This document shows, piece after piece, positions 28,221 to 41,044 of a DNA stretch of 64,000 nucleotides. The stretch is from the human T2T-CHM13v2.0 reference genome, Homo sapiens: the NCBI RefSeq assembly GCF_009914755.1, contig NC_060934.1; one strand, given 5' to 3'. Position 1 is the stretch's first letter, and every line of letters begins with the position of its first letter. Position numbers and translations under genes: made by a program. The notes beneath the pieces are model-generated. The model saw nothing but the letters and a program-made list of their open reading frames with translations, did no database searches and was not told the DNA's origin.

Positions 28221-29627
28221 TTTTACACAAACAAAAATAGTTACTGAATTGAACTGCCATAATTTTTAGAACCACTAACATCACCAATACTTTTTAAGGA
28301 AGATTATACATTTCTATACGAAAATAACCAGCCAAAACCTTCAAAACTACCTCTATTTTCTGTTAGAAATACCTATCAGCAAAACACACCTATTTTGCGA
28401 TATCGAGTCAATATTAATACATGCCGCATTAACCATATCATTGACTACAGTGAGGAAAACCCGAGTTTACAAAAACACACTCAGAAACTATTAAAATAGG
28501 TAGGTAAAAAATATTAGGTAGATACCTGTACAAATATTACAATGAATTTGGAATTGTAAGCTTTCATGCACACAAAGGGAAAAAAATTTCCTAAATTTGA
28601 AGTTTTCATTGAAAAAGTAAATGGCTCAGGGCATTACAAATAAATTTCACAGATTACGTATTCATAAATCAACCTTTGGAAGTCTAGTCCATGTCTTGTC
28701 TCTACTCCGCCCCTTACCTTCAAGCTGTCCCTCAGTGAGAATGTACTTGGAACACAACAGAGCATATTACAGCTCAATATCATGCACATACCTACGCTAC
28801 TCAAAGAAAGCACTGGCAGCGTCACATGTAAGAAACCAAAAAAAAAAAAAGATAATCAATTCTGCATGGCATTTAACATTTTAATTGACAACATTTTTCG
28901 TCTTATTTAAAATCGTATAAAACCCAGAAACAGCTTGACTCCAAAGAACTATACCTTTCTAACAAGAAAAGCACATTGGGGACAGAAAGAGAGATTACCC
29001 TCCATACCAAAATTTTTCACTTTTATCCTTTACGGTTAGAAAGCCAAGCATCTATTAAGGAGAGGATGAATCCGGGCACAGCCACCACCACGGCCTCTGC
29101 CTCTAAAACACATAGGAATCCCCGGACTGTGTGGGAAGGTCTCTTTTCTTTTCTCCCTCCCCTTCAGCAACCTTACAGGATAAGTTTTAAGTCTCGAGCT
29201 ACAGCACTATGAAGACTTTTCCAAGAAAAGAGATACCAGGGAAGCTGGCCGCCTGTCGCCATGAGTGGTCCGCCCCCTACCCCCACCTGCCCGCGCGGCG
29301 CCGGACTCGCGGCTCCGCCTTTCGGGGAGGTCTCCGTGGCCGCCCAGGCGCCACAGCGGGGAGCCGCGGTCGACCCCTCCGGGATGGGGGCCAGGGCAGC
29401 CTCCGCGGCTATCCCGGGAGTCCTGCTCCGACACCACCTCCACAGGGGAAGCCGCTCGGAGAGACGCAGGGACCCAGGCAAGGGATGCGGGCAAACGCGC
29501 CAAGGGTTCGGCAGAGGGGCGTGACCGCCAGTTGGCCGGGCTGAGCGAGGCGCCAGAGGGAAGCCTGCAAGGTACGTCTGCGAGAGCCGGGTGCGGGCGC
29601 GGCAGGGGAAAAGGGGGGCGCTGGCTC

Positions 29628-29636
29628 TCTTACCGC
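29628..29636 (-). other. JMJD1C: 5' splice donor of JMJD1C exon 1 (GCG|GTAAGA)
   Basis: Plus strand tcttaccgc at 29628-29636; the GT occupies 29633-29632. Confidence 0.92.
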
Positions 29637-29801
29637 CAGGTCCGGATTGCGGCTGTCCCTGTGTGACACGGCTCGGATGACCCCCGCTCGCCAGCTTCGC
29701 CAGCCGCGTCCGCTCTCCCAGCGCTCCGAACGTGCCTCGTCGCCGACCGCCACACACAGGAACCGCTTACCCACCAGCTCTGCCCGCGTCTCTACCGCCA
29801 T
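29634..29801 (-). CDS. JMJD1C: JMJD1C (jumonji domain-containing 1C, KDM3 family) first coding exon, 56 codons, phase-0 junction
   Basis: ORF 29409..29801 begins MAVETRAELVGKRFLCVAVGDEARSERWESGRGWRSWRAGVIRAVSHRDSRNPDLA, which I recognise as the JMJD1C N-terminus. Strong Kozak context (gctATGG). Donor GCG|GTAAGA after exactly 168 nt. Lies inside the CpG island. Confidence 0.96.
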
Positions 29802-29864
29802 AGCTGTCGCTGCCGAAGCGGCCGCTGCCTCCTCCAGTGCGAGGGAACCGATGAAACCTCACTC

Positions 29865-29879
29865 CTACCGGCCGCTCAT
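29865..29879 (-). other. Upstream ORF (ATG AGC GGC CGG TAG; MSGR*) in the JMJD1C 5' leader
   Basis: Only minus-strand ATG I find between 29802 and ~30350. Has A at -3 and ends 63 nt before the main ATG. Confidence 0.7.
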
Positions 29880-30278
29880 GCTGAGGAGAGCGGACCGGGA
29901 CACAGCAGCGGACCCGAAAGAGCGCAGACTCGGGACGAACCGGCCGCTCTGCCCCGGACACAGCGACCTCGGGCCCTCCCCGCAAACACTCCTTTGGACT
30001 CCCAGATTCGCAGCCTTGTGCTGCAGCGCCACACAAGAAAACTGAAACAAAACCCAACGCGGCCGTCGAAGACCCCGAGGCAGCCCAGCCGCCGCCACCG
30101 CGCCGCGGCCAGTACTGCTCCGTCTCCCTCCCCGGGCAGCGGCGGCGCGCAGCGCGTCTCCTTCCGCCGGCGCGGGCGGGGCAGCAGCCGCGGGAGGGTC
30201 GGCGGAACCACCGCAGACGGAAAGTAGTGCCCGGCCCTGCGGAGGCGGCAGCGGCCACTGGGTCCGTCCAGATCCAGA

Positions 30279-30296
30279 GGCGGCGGCGGCGGCGGC
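30279..30296 (+). repeat. (GGC)6 trinucleotide repeat in the promoter island
   Basis: Direct read: six perfect GGC units. Confidence 0.95.
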
Positions 30297-31365
30297 AGCG
30301 GGAGACGAAAAAATGAAGAGGGCCGCGGGAAAGTAGGCGACAGCTATTCAAAGCTTTTGGGGGTCTACCTTTGTATTCGTTGCTCCCTCAGAGGTGGAGG
30401 TGAGGGGAAAGTGAAGTGTAGTGGTTCCACTCTGATCACAAAATAAACTCCTGGGTTGACGCCTCACCCGCGGTTTGATGTTCAGAGCACACAGCGCCCG
30501 CCGCCTGAGTTAGCCTGAATTAGCAGTCCCGCAGTAACAGCAGCAGAGCAGGACAACACTTCTACTGAAAACTAAGCCCCAAAGTCACAGCAGAACCAAC
30601 CGTTCATGACTTCAAGGGAAAACGAGGGGGAAAATGTGATCCTTTCATTCTTCTCATTTGTGGTGATACTAATTACATGTTTAAGCTATTCACAGATTTA
30701 AATTCGTCACTGCTTTATTATAAGAACAGCAAATGCTCCGTGGCGGGCCCTTGTCAACGTCCTGAAATTTCACAAACCGTGTCTGCGACAGTCTTAGTAC
30801 TTTTAGTACTGGTACACAGCTCAAACACACTGGTCAGATAATAAAAGCAGAGAAAATCCCCAGATTCAGTTATTAGAAAATACCATGGAAAGAAAAGGAT
30901 TTTAGCCAATCACAATTCAAGAAAAAAAATATTTATTTCCCATCCAATTACAATCGGACTCCCTAACCCACACAAAGATCTCTAACTTGGAACAATCACT
31001 CTTCTTTGATCAACTTATTTGTTATAAATCAAACCTCCCTACAAATGTCAGTGAGCAGTTCGATTTCAGGCACCCTTTATACTGCTTTTTTATAGGTAGT
31101 CCAATATTCTAAATTTCAGTTTCTTGAGATTTTCCTGAACCTCTATTTAAAAAAAAAAAGTTAACAGAGTTTACAGTAGTAATCTGAATGTTTAAAATAA
31201 CTATAAGGCTTTTATCTGTTTTCTCTAGAACACTCAAGCTGGGCAATTTGAAGTGGAGAAACACAACCACTGCTAATAGGTTAGAAACCAAAATTATAAG
31301 GAAGATGGATTTTAATAATCATGGTCAAATTTTGCCAAAGACCAAACATAGAACTGTAATAAATA

Positions 31366-31675
<310 letters not shown>

Positions 31676-32971
31676 CTGTAATAAATTAAAACAGCAAAAC
31701 ATACCCAAAAATGCATATCGGCAAGTTGAGAGAAAAAATTTTGCTTGGGCAATTTTATTTCCAAGTCCACTTTTTCAGTGTACACTGTATAATACTTAGC
31801 AAATTATCTTAAGAATTACAGATGAAGATTTCTAAAATCAGTGTAGATTAAGGAACCAGTAAAGTGACTTGGTGACAATAATTCAACATATGTAAGGATA
31901 AAAGAGTAGGGAGATCAACATCCAGATACCAAGTCATCAATGATCTGCTTTGTGACCATGGGCATGATGCAATTGTAAAAATGCAAAAATGCCTGAATCC
32001 TAATTTTCAGTGATATCCTAGGAGCAAACGAAAAATACAAATAAAGTCATTTGAGAAAAACATGCAAATTCATCAGTTATTACATAAATCCCACTCACCA
32101 AATTACATTCTTAAGAGTATAGGTTGCTAGTTGCCTTATATAAAACTGCCAGCTGTTTTCAATTTTGTAGGCAAACTGCTCTAAATGGGCCCCTGGGAAC
32201 TCCCACTACATGTTGAATTCCATCCTTTTCAGTCCTCTGAAAAGCATGTAATCCAACAAATCAATCAAAATATTTCATGTATAGAAACAAAGTTTTTCAG
32301 GAGGGCATATATCCCCAAAATATTTTTAATCAAGTATCTTAATATTCTTAGAACTCTGGTCCAAATTCTCTTCTACTAATCCCTTGACTACAGCCAATGC
32401 CTAGAGTTTACACTAATTTGTGGATATTTTGCTGTTGGAAAAATTTAAAAGTACATTTTTTTAAATGTAGAATAAAAAGTCCTTAAAGATTTTTTGTTTG
32501 TTTGCTGGCATTTTTTGCTTCGTTTTGTATTAAGGGGTATTTTTATTATTTTATTTTTGCCAGCAAATCATAACTTTGTAAATAACAAGGAATTTAAAAA
32601 ATTTTTCAAGTTGGTTTTGAAACTTCAGAATATTTGTTTCTTAACTTGTTTCCTTACATTCTTTACTTCCATAAAGATACTCGGAAACAGAAGAGTAATG
32701 GTATTTGTTTTCATTATACAGGTAAAAAGAATGACAGTGAATTACTTAAAATAACTAAGTTTACTTATAGAAGCTGAAAATTAGACATATAAATTAGATT
32801 TTCTAGTCTTTCCATCCCCACGTGTAAATATGTCCATTAAATATGCCTATGCACACATCAATTCAAGCAAACCTCCTACATCAAATATCTTAATCTACAC
32901 CAAAGACTGGGAGATTATTTGATTTTTTCCCTTTTTAGAAGTTCACAAAAATTTATTCATAAAAACAGCTT

Positions 32972-33115
32972 GGGCTGGATGATGGCATGTGTCTGTTGTC
33001 CCAGCTTCTCTGGAGGCTGCAACTGGAGGATCTCTTGAGCCCAGGACTTCTGTTCAGGCTGGGCAACATCACAAGACCCTGTCTCTAAAAAACATTTTTA
33101 AAATACAAAAAAAAC
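32972..33115 (+). mobile_element. FLAM (free left Alu monomer)
   Basis: Single monomer ending gaccctgtctctaaaaaa. Confidence 0.75.
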
Positions 33116-33389
33116 CCACAAACTATTTTGTTTTTTTAAAAAACTGACTTATAAAGGAAGAAAATGTATTCACTGCAATAAGAACCATAATTATCTACTT
33201 AGTTTAGTCTGAATAAGCAAAAGCCTAGTAGTTATAGATTTTTCACTTTTTGACTTGGTATGTAACTGTGGAAAGTGTCAATCATCTGCTCTCATACATA
33301 CTAATATTTTATGTCACTATACATGTCTACTTTAAATATCACAGATATTATCTAACACAGACAAAAAGTTTAACACATCTTTTTAGCCA

Positions 33390-33580
33390 CCACTTATAGA
33401 ACACTTACTATGTGTCAGACAGTATACTAAGTACTTTACACACGTAATCTCATTTTGAGGATAAAGAAAATGAGGTTTAGAGAAGTTTAGTAACTTGCCT
33501 AAGAATACACATTAAGAAACTGGTTTTCAAAACCAGATCTTGTGATAACAAAGGCTCCCTGCTATTAACTATTATACTAA
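33390..33580 (-). mobile_element. MIR
   Basis: cacttactatgtgtcagac..gaaaatgaggtttagagaagtttagtaacttgcctaag. Confidence 0.7.
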
Positions 33581-34139
33581 AAAGTCACTTAAAAGAAACG
33601 TGAAGGTCAGTTATCAAGTTGTTTCATCCTTATTTACAGTTTACTCATAATTGCTGTGTTCAGTATTTATTTAGCACTTACTATGTGGGTCACATCCTGC
33701 AAGGTTCTGGAGATAGGACCTTTATCCTTGAGAAGCTCACAGTCTATCTGGAAAGATAGACAATAGAAATGCTTTGGTTTATTTAATTAAGGAACTATCA
33801 ATAGAATTTCATCCAAATTTAATGCATTTTAACAAATATTTTTCAAACCTATTATAACTTGAAGGCTTTTATTAATTGTCAAATGTAAATAATGGACTGC
33901 GTTTATGAAGTCTTAGATTATATATATAGATAGGGCTAAGAATCGTGCAAGCCACTATTTAAATGAGGGAAACCAAGAGTTTCAACTGAATTATGCAAGT
34001 GGAAGACCAAGAATAAATGGAATATAAATTTATGTTACCATTTTTTTATTAAACCTTAAATAATTTGTATTTGGGGTTTGTATACCCTAAGCACTTATTT
34101 AAAATGAATTCCTCAATCACATTTATGATAATGATAAAT

Positions 34140-34430
34140 TAACTCAAATATCAAAATATCACTTCCTCAAGGAAACCATCCCTGATTCTCAGACTATGTA
34201 GGATTCCCCAATAACAGATTTTCAAAACATGCCTTATTTGTCTTAGTACTACCACAACTGTATTTACACCATTTATTGTGTAATTGATCATTTATATTTT
34301 TTCCCTTTATAGGATATATAAGCTCCATAAGGCATCTTTGTCTTGTTCATAACTATACTCCCAGCAGCTACCAGGCCTTGCTAAGAGATGATAAAACATG
34401 TTATAGCATGAATGAATGAATGAATGAATA
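34140..34430 (+). mobile_element. L2 3' fragment
   Basis: aatatcacttcctcaaggaaaccatccctga..taagctccataagg..(tgaa)n tail. Confidence 0.7.
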
Positions 34431-35894
34431 TAGCAAAATGTACCTTTTTCTAAATCTAACTCAACTAAGAGGAACTTAGAATCTCGGACATAAATGAGAG
34501 TTCCTGTTCTTCCTACAGGGTTATTCATCACCTTCAAAATAATGTCTTATGTACATTATCTCTTTTCATCATGGAGGTACAATGTTAAGCCTTCGAAAAC
34601 ATGCTTCAGTAGAAAAGCAAGGTTTTTCCTGGGAAAATTTCTAAAGAACAGATACAGAAGGAAGAGTTACAATTCTCAAGAAAAAACATTCATTTCATTA
34701 CCAAACTACCAATTTAATACAAACCCAAAAATGATCCTATGAGTGTATATCCAAAACACTAGTCTATTCTTAGTCTTCTAAAAAGAACAGTCTCAAATAA
34801 CATCCTTGATGGAGCCAATATACAAACATAACTTTCTGACTATCTTCTTGATGCCATGGAAGGAGGGAAAGAGAAGAAAAAAAGGAAGATAGAAAAGAAA
34901 TGAAGGAGGAAGTGAAGCAATCTCTATTGGGCCTTCTAATTGTACTTTCTATCCATCTGTTATCCAGTTTCCAGTTTAAATTCTGGCTGCACAGGAATGT
35001 ACCACTTCTTTTCAACATTCTCTTCTCTATTAAAAACAAGGTTGATTTTTAATGATAAAAAATTAAAAATTTAGAAAGAATACACAAAGCATCAGAAAAT
35101 TCCTAATCTGCTGAGTGAGGAACTACAAGAAATAAAGAAATGGAAAGTTGCCATTGAGCACACAGTAAGAGTCTTGCCAGCGTGTCCCACTGCACTTTTT
35201 CTCTGTTCATCATCCCTATCATAAACGCTCCAACTATTAACTACCATTAAAATATGCAAGTCTGCACTTTGCAAACAGGTTAGGTTCCAAAAGGGTCGTG
35301 TTCTTATTAATCTTACAAGCTTTCACTATTGTTACAAGTTAATAGCAGCAGGGTAAAAGTCTTCTGTTTATATCCATGAAAGTTCATTAAGTAAAGGAGG
35401 TTCTAAACTTGTATTAAAACTATAAATGAAGGAAAGCCAATGTAAAATCTAAACTAAAAAGTAATACCAACTCAAAATCTCTGCATGCTAACCATATACT
35501 CCATCTATGTTCTTCCTCACCAATGAAGCTAGGTATTATATAATGAAGGAAATTTATAATCAAGAACACACGTAATTCAGCAAGGAGCAAAGTATGCTTT
35601 CCTGTCACGTGGTAGGTTCAAACCCCCAAAATGTTAAAGGACTGACAAAAGTAATCTTGCTTAGCAAAACAAATATTGTTAGAAAGACTTCAGCATATGC
35701 TATTTCTCAAAGGTCTCAAAGAAGATATACATATGATTAATACTAATATTACTACATACTAATTACTAATATTAATACATACTAATATAATACAAACCAA
35801 AGTACTAAATAACAGTTTTTAAACATCATTGTAAAACTGCTTCTTTCCTCTGCTTTCCAAGTTTGGTCATAAAACCATTATATTAAAACAAATA

Positions 35895-36202
35895 GGTCAG
35901 GCATGGTAGCTCTCACCTGTAATCCCAGCACACTGGGAGGCTGAGTGGGGCGGATCACCTGAGGTCGGGAATTTGAGATCAGCCTGACCAATACAGTAAA
36001 ATGCCTTCTCTACTAAAAATACAAAAATTAGCTGGGCATGGTGGCACATGGCTGTAGTGCCAACTACTCGGGAGGCTAAGGGAGGGGAATCACTTGAACG
36101 CGGGAAGCAAGAGACTTCAGTGGGCTGAGATTGCACCACTGCACTGAAGCCTGGGCGACAGAGTGAGACTCAGTCTCAAAACAAACAAACAAACAAACAA
36201 AC
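35895..36202 (+). mobile_element. AluS with (AAAC)n tail
   Basis: Dimeric Alu. Confidence 0.95.
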
Positions 36203-36464
36203 AGTCTATCAAAACTAACTTGAAATGGAAGAATTTTTGCAATGTTCTACATTACAAATAAACTTTTGAATTGACACTTTTTAACCTTATATACCTTCTT
36301 CATCTATAATAGATAAAAATCCTATCTCAACTATTATATATTATATATAATAATTTCTTAATAATTTCAACTATTCTAGCTACAAAAATTATCTTAAAAG
36401 CAATTGCTTCATTTGCTTTTATATCTAAATTTGCATGGATGCTTCTTTCCCCCACTTGCAATTT

Positions 36465-36771
36465 CTTTTTTATTTAATTATTTATTTTTTTGAGTCAGAG
36501 TCTCCCTGTTGCCCAGGTTGGAGTGCAACGGCGTAATCTCAGCTACTGCAACCTCCACCTCCTGAGTTCAAGCAATTCTCGTGCCTCAGTCTCCCAAGTA
36601 GCTGGAATTAAAGGCATGTGCCACCACGCCTGGCTAATTTTTGTATTTTTAGTAGAGACGGGGTTTCACTGTGTTGGCCAGGCTGGTCTCTAACTCCTGA
36701 CCTCAAGTGATCCACCTGCCTCTGCCTCCCAAAGTGCTGGGATTGCAGGCATGAGCCACTGCGCCCCGCCC
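36465..36771 (-). mobile_element. AluS
   Basis: Flanked by tgcaatttcttttt on both sides. Confidence 0.95.
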
Positions 36772-36918
36772 TGCAATTTCTTTTTATATTCACAAGTTTT
36801 AAAATTTCATATATAGCCAAATATGCTAATATATTTATGTTGCAGCCTTAAGGCATGCTTTAAAAATACTCTATGTAGGTATTCTTTGGTATTTTCTTTT
36901 AGGAATTTTATAATTCAA

Positions 36919-37221
36919 TTTTTATTTATTTATTTATTTTTGAGATGGAGTCTTGCTCTGTTGCCAGGCTGGAGTGCAGTGGCGCGATCATAGGATCACC
37001 GCAACCGCCTTCTCTCAGGTTCAAGCAATTCTCCTGCCTCAGCCTCCCGAGTAGGTGGGACTACAGGCGAGCGCCACCACGCCCAGCTAATTTTTGTATT
37101 TTTAGTAGAGACAGGGTCTCATCATGTTGGCCAGGATGGTCTCGATCTCTTGACCTCATGATCTGCCCTCCTCGGCCTCCCAAAGTGCTGGGATTACGGG
37201 CGTAAGCCACTGCCCCCAGCC
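36919..37221 (-). mobile_element. AluSc-like
   Basis: ccaggatggtctcgatctc diagnostic; flanked by taattcaa on both sides. Confidence 0.93.
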
Positions 37222-37346
37222 TAATTCAAATTTTAAATCTGTTAATGTATCCCTTAATTACAAAAGACCTACAGAATAGAGATATAATACTTTCTATAAA
37301 ACTAATAAAGATGAAAAAAACATTAAGTAGGACAAGGATATGGTAA

Positions 37347-37702
<356 letters not shown>

Positions 37703-37767
37703 TAGGAATTACAGGTCACTTATTGCATCGAAACTGGACTTGCCTTTACATTCTTAATGTACTTTTA

Positions 37768-38208
<441 letters not shown>

Positions 38209-38584
38209 TAAATACACACTTGGTACACTAAAAAAAATAATAATAATAAATAAATAAATAAATAAATAACTTCTGGGAAGCAATCTGACCATCTTTACTG
38301 ATAACAGCCTTAAACAAATCATACCATTTGACTCAGTAATTCGACTCCTTGGAAATCACCCTCAGTGAACAGACTAAGGATATAGAAATATGGAAAAAGT
38401 ATGTTAGATGCTTTGGTCAACTGATTGCTGAGTCTCTCCTCAATCGCTAAAATGAGTGGGAGTGTAAGAGTGCTTATAAAGCGGGCAGCCGTGAAGAAAA
38501 GTGTTTTAGGATGAGAGAGATACATACTTGAATCCTGAAGAAAATTTATCAAAGGATGGGGATGAAATAGAAATAAAAACACCT

Positions 38585-38890
38585 TTTTTTTTTGTTTTTT
38601 TTTGAGACAGGGTCTCACTCTTGTCACCCATGCTGGAGTGCAGTGGTACAATCATGGCTCACTGCAGCCTTGACCCACCTCCCGGGCTCAAGCAATCCTC
38701 CTGCCTCAGCCTCCCAAGTAGCTGGGACCACCGGCATGTACCACCACGTCCAGCTCATTTTTTATTTTTTTGTAGAGACGACGGTCTCACTATTTTGCTA
38801 GGCTTGTCTCAAATTCTGGCGTTACGCAATCCTCTCACCTTAGCCTCCCAAAGTGCTGGGACTGCAGGCATGAGCCACCGTGCTCAGCCC
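38585..38890 (-). mobile_element. AluJ
   Basis: Dimeric Alu in reverse orientation. Confidence 0.93.
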
Positions 38891-40038
38891 AAAACAATTT
38901 GTTAAACAGAGCAAAATAAAATCAAAGAGAAGACTGAAGGTAATGGGGTCAAAAGTTCCAAATTATGTAGTCCAGTCAGCCTACTCTCAAATTATTAAAA
39001 AAAAAAAAGAATGAGTAATAATGTAATACGGAAAATGTGACAAATTGTTAAATGAACAAATTACAGCAAATCTAATGAATGCTGATAGAAGTTGGAATAG
39101 TGCTTACCCATGGGGGTGGGTAGTATTGACTGTGAAGTGGCATGAAGGTGCTGGAAATGCCCTATATCTTCATCATATAGTGATGGTTAAGCGAGTATAA
39201 AATGTAAAGATAAATCATGAAAATTTGCAGATGTTCATGATTCTAAACATAATTATCCTTTCCTTTACAGTTATAATAAATAATTACATCATTATTACTT
39301 GCAACATATGTAGAGTCATTATGTCTCTCTCAAATGCTCAGTTCGATTAGGACTGCATTTATGAACCCTGGACAGCTAAGGATACTCCCCATTTTACAAT
39401 TTTGTTTTATGCTTTTAAAAAAATAATCCATCTGAATACATACTTCCTAGAGGGAATAGAAATAGCCTTCAATTTGGTCTACATTATCACCACTGAAAAC
39501 TATGTTTTACTTAGTAAGGAAGATCTAATTCCATGAAAATAGTTAGCGCTACCTTAAAAAGTTCGGGTACTTGTCAAAAATGGCTTCCAAATATATTCCT
39601 TTTAATACAGGATGTGAAAACACTTCCTAATAAATTCCTGCAAAATTAGATGATACTGTATGTACTTCTGAAGGACAGACAAGAAAGTAACCTAAGACCA
39701 AAACAATAGAGGTCTCCTACTACTGGGGAGAAGGAGGATTATCAAGAATAGAGGAAAACAGAGCCTGCCTAAGACTAATACTGGTCTAGAACAAAAGAGA
39801 AAGCTCAATTCCTACCACCACAAAGCTAAACAGCATCCAAGGCCCCATGCCCACCACAACAACACAAACTAGCTCCAAGTAACACCTAAGTAAGAGCATT
39901 CGACTACTAGAGAAGTAGCAAAAGAACAGAGAGAGACCCTCTCTGAAGTTCAGGTGCGCAGATAAGGCTAACAGGTAAACATGAAGTAAAAACATTGGTC
40001 AAAACTTTGCAGCAAATCAATCCCCATCTTAAGTACTA

Positions 40039-40408
<370 letters not shown>

Positions 40409-40586
40409 TAAAGTTGATAATGCACTGAAGGTAATCAGAGCAATAAAAGGCAAATTCTCATCAACTCCAAGCAAGACTAATTCAACCCTCCACGCTAACA
40501 CCTTAGCAGAACAAGAGTCATGACAAATTCTCAGCATAAATACGATTTACCATAAAATGATGACTGGCATTCAATCAAAAATTATA

Positions 40587-40875
40587 GGCTGGACAGAGTA
40601 GCTCATACCTGTAATCCCCACATTTTGGGAGACAAGAGGATCAGCTGAGGCCAAGAGTTCAAGACCAGCCTGGGCAACACAGTGAGACCCTGTCTCCACA
40701 AAAAATTTTTAAAAATTAGCCAGGCCTGGTGGTGTGCACATGCAGCCCAAGCTACTTGGGAGGGAGGCTGAGGCAAGAGGATTGCTTATGTCCAGAAGAT
40801 CAACGCTGCAGTGAGTCATGATCACACCACTGCACTCCAGCCTGGATGACAGAGCAAAACCTTGTTTCTAAAATA
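40587..40875 (+). mobile_element. AluJ
   Basis: Dimeric Alu; a further Alu fragment follows at ~40924-41011. Confidence 0.9.
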
Positions 40876-41044
40876 AGTAGACAAACAAAATTTTAAAATT
40901 AAATTAAAAACATTTTTTAAAAGACCAGGCATGGTGGCTCACACCTGTAATCCCAGCACTTTGGGAGGGTGAGGCAAGAGGACCACTTGAGGCCAGCAGA
41001 TCAAAGCTGCAGAAAGAAATCTCTAGACAAGGAAGAGGGGAAAA

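Larger units (their letters stand above)
29240..30530. promoter_or_regulatory. JMJD1C: CpG island / TATA-less promoter and 5' UTR of JMJD1C
   Basis: Abrupt GC- and CpG-rich block in an AT-rich background. GC box gggcgggg at 30174-30181 and ETS-like cttccg at 30161-30166. The exact TSS cannot be read from sequence. Confidence 0.9.
29370..30700 (+). ncRNA. JMJD1C-AS1: JMJD1C antisense RNA 1 (approximate extent)
   Basis: Recalled annotation of a short antisense lncRNA overlapping JMJD1C exon 1. The sequence offers only indirect support (CpG island; plus-strand AATAAA at 30442 and 30840). Boundaries are approximate. Confidence 0.5.

Noticed and set aside
29550-29624. CTCF-like motifs (gcgccagagggaagc; aggggggcgctgg)
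   Set aside because: Each matches only part of the core, which is expected by chance in a CpG island.
29409-29633. 130-aa ORF 29409..29801 as a complete protein
   Set aside because: Similarity to JMJD1C ends at a good donor after codon 56; the rest is read-through into GC-rich intron.
29173-30351. Long overlapping ORFs (two of 194 aa, also 133, 132 and 111 aa) in the island
   Set aside because: Stop-poor GC-rich shadow frames with Arg/Pro/Gly/Ala bias, mostly non-ATG starts and no recognisable domain.
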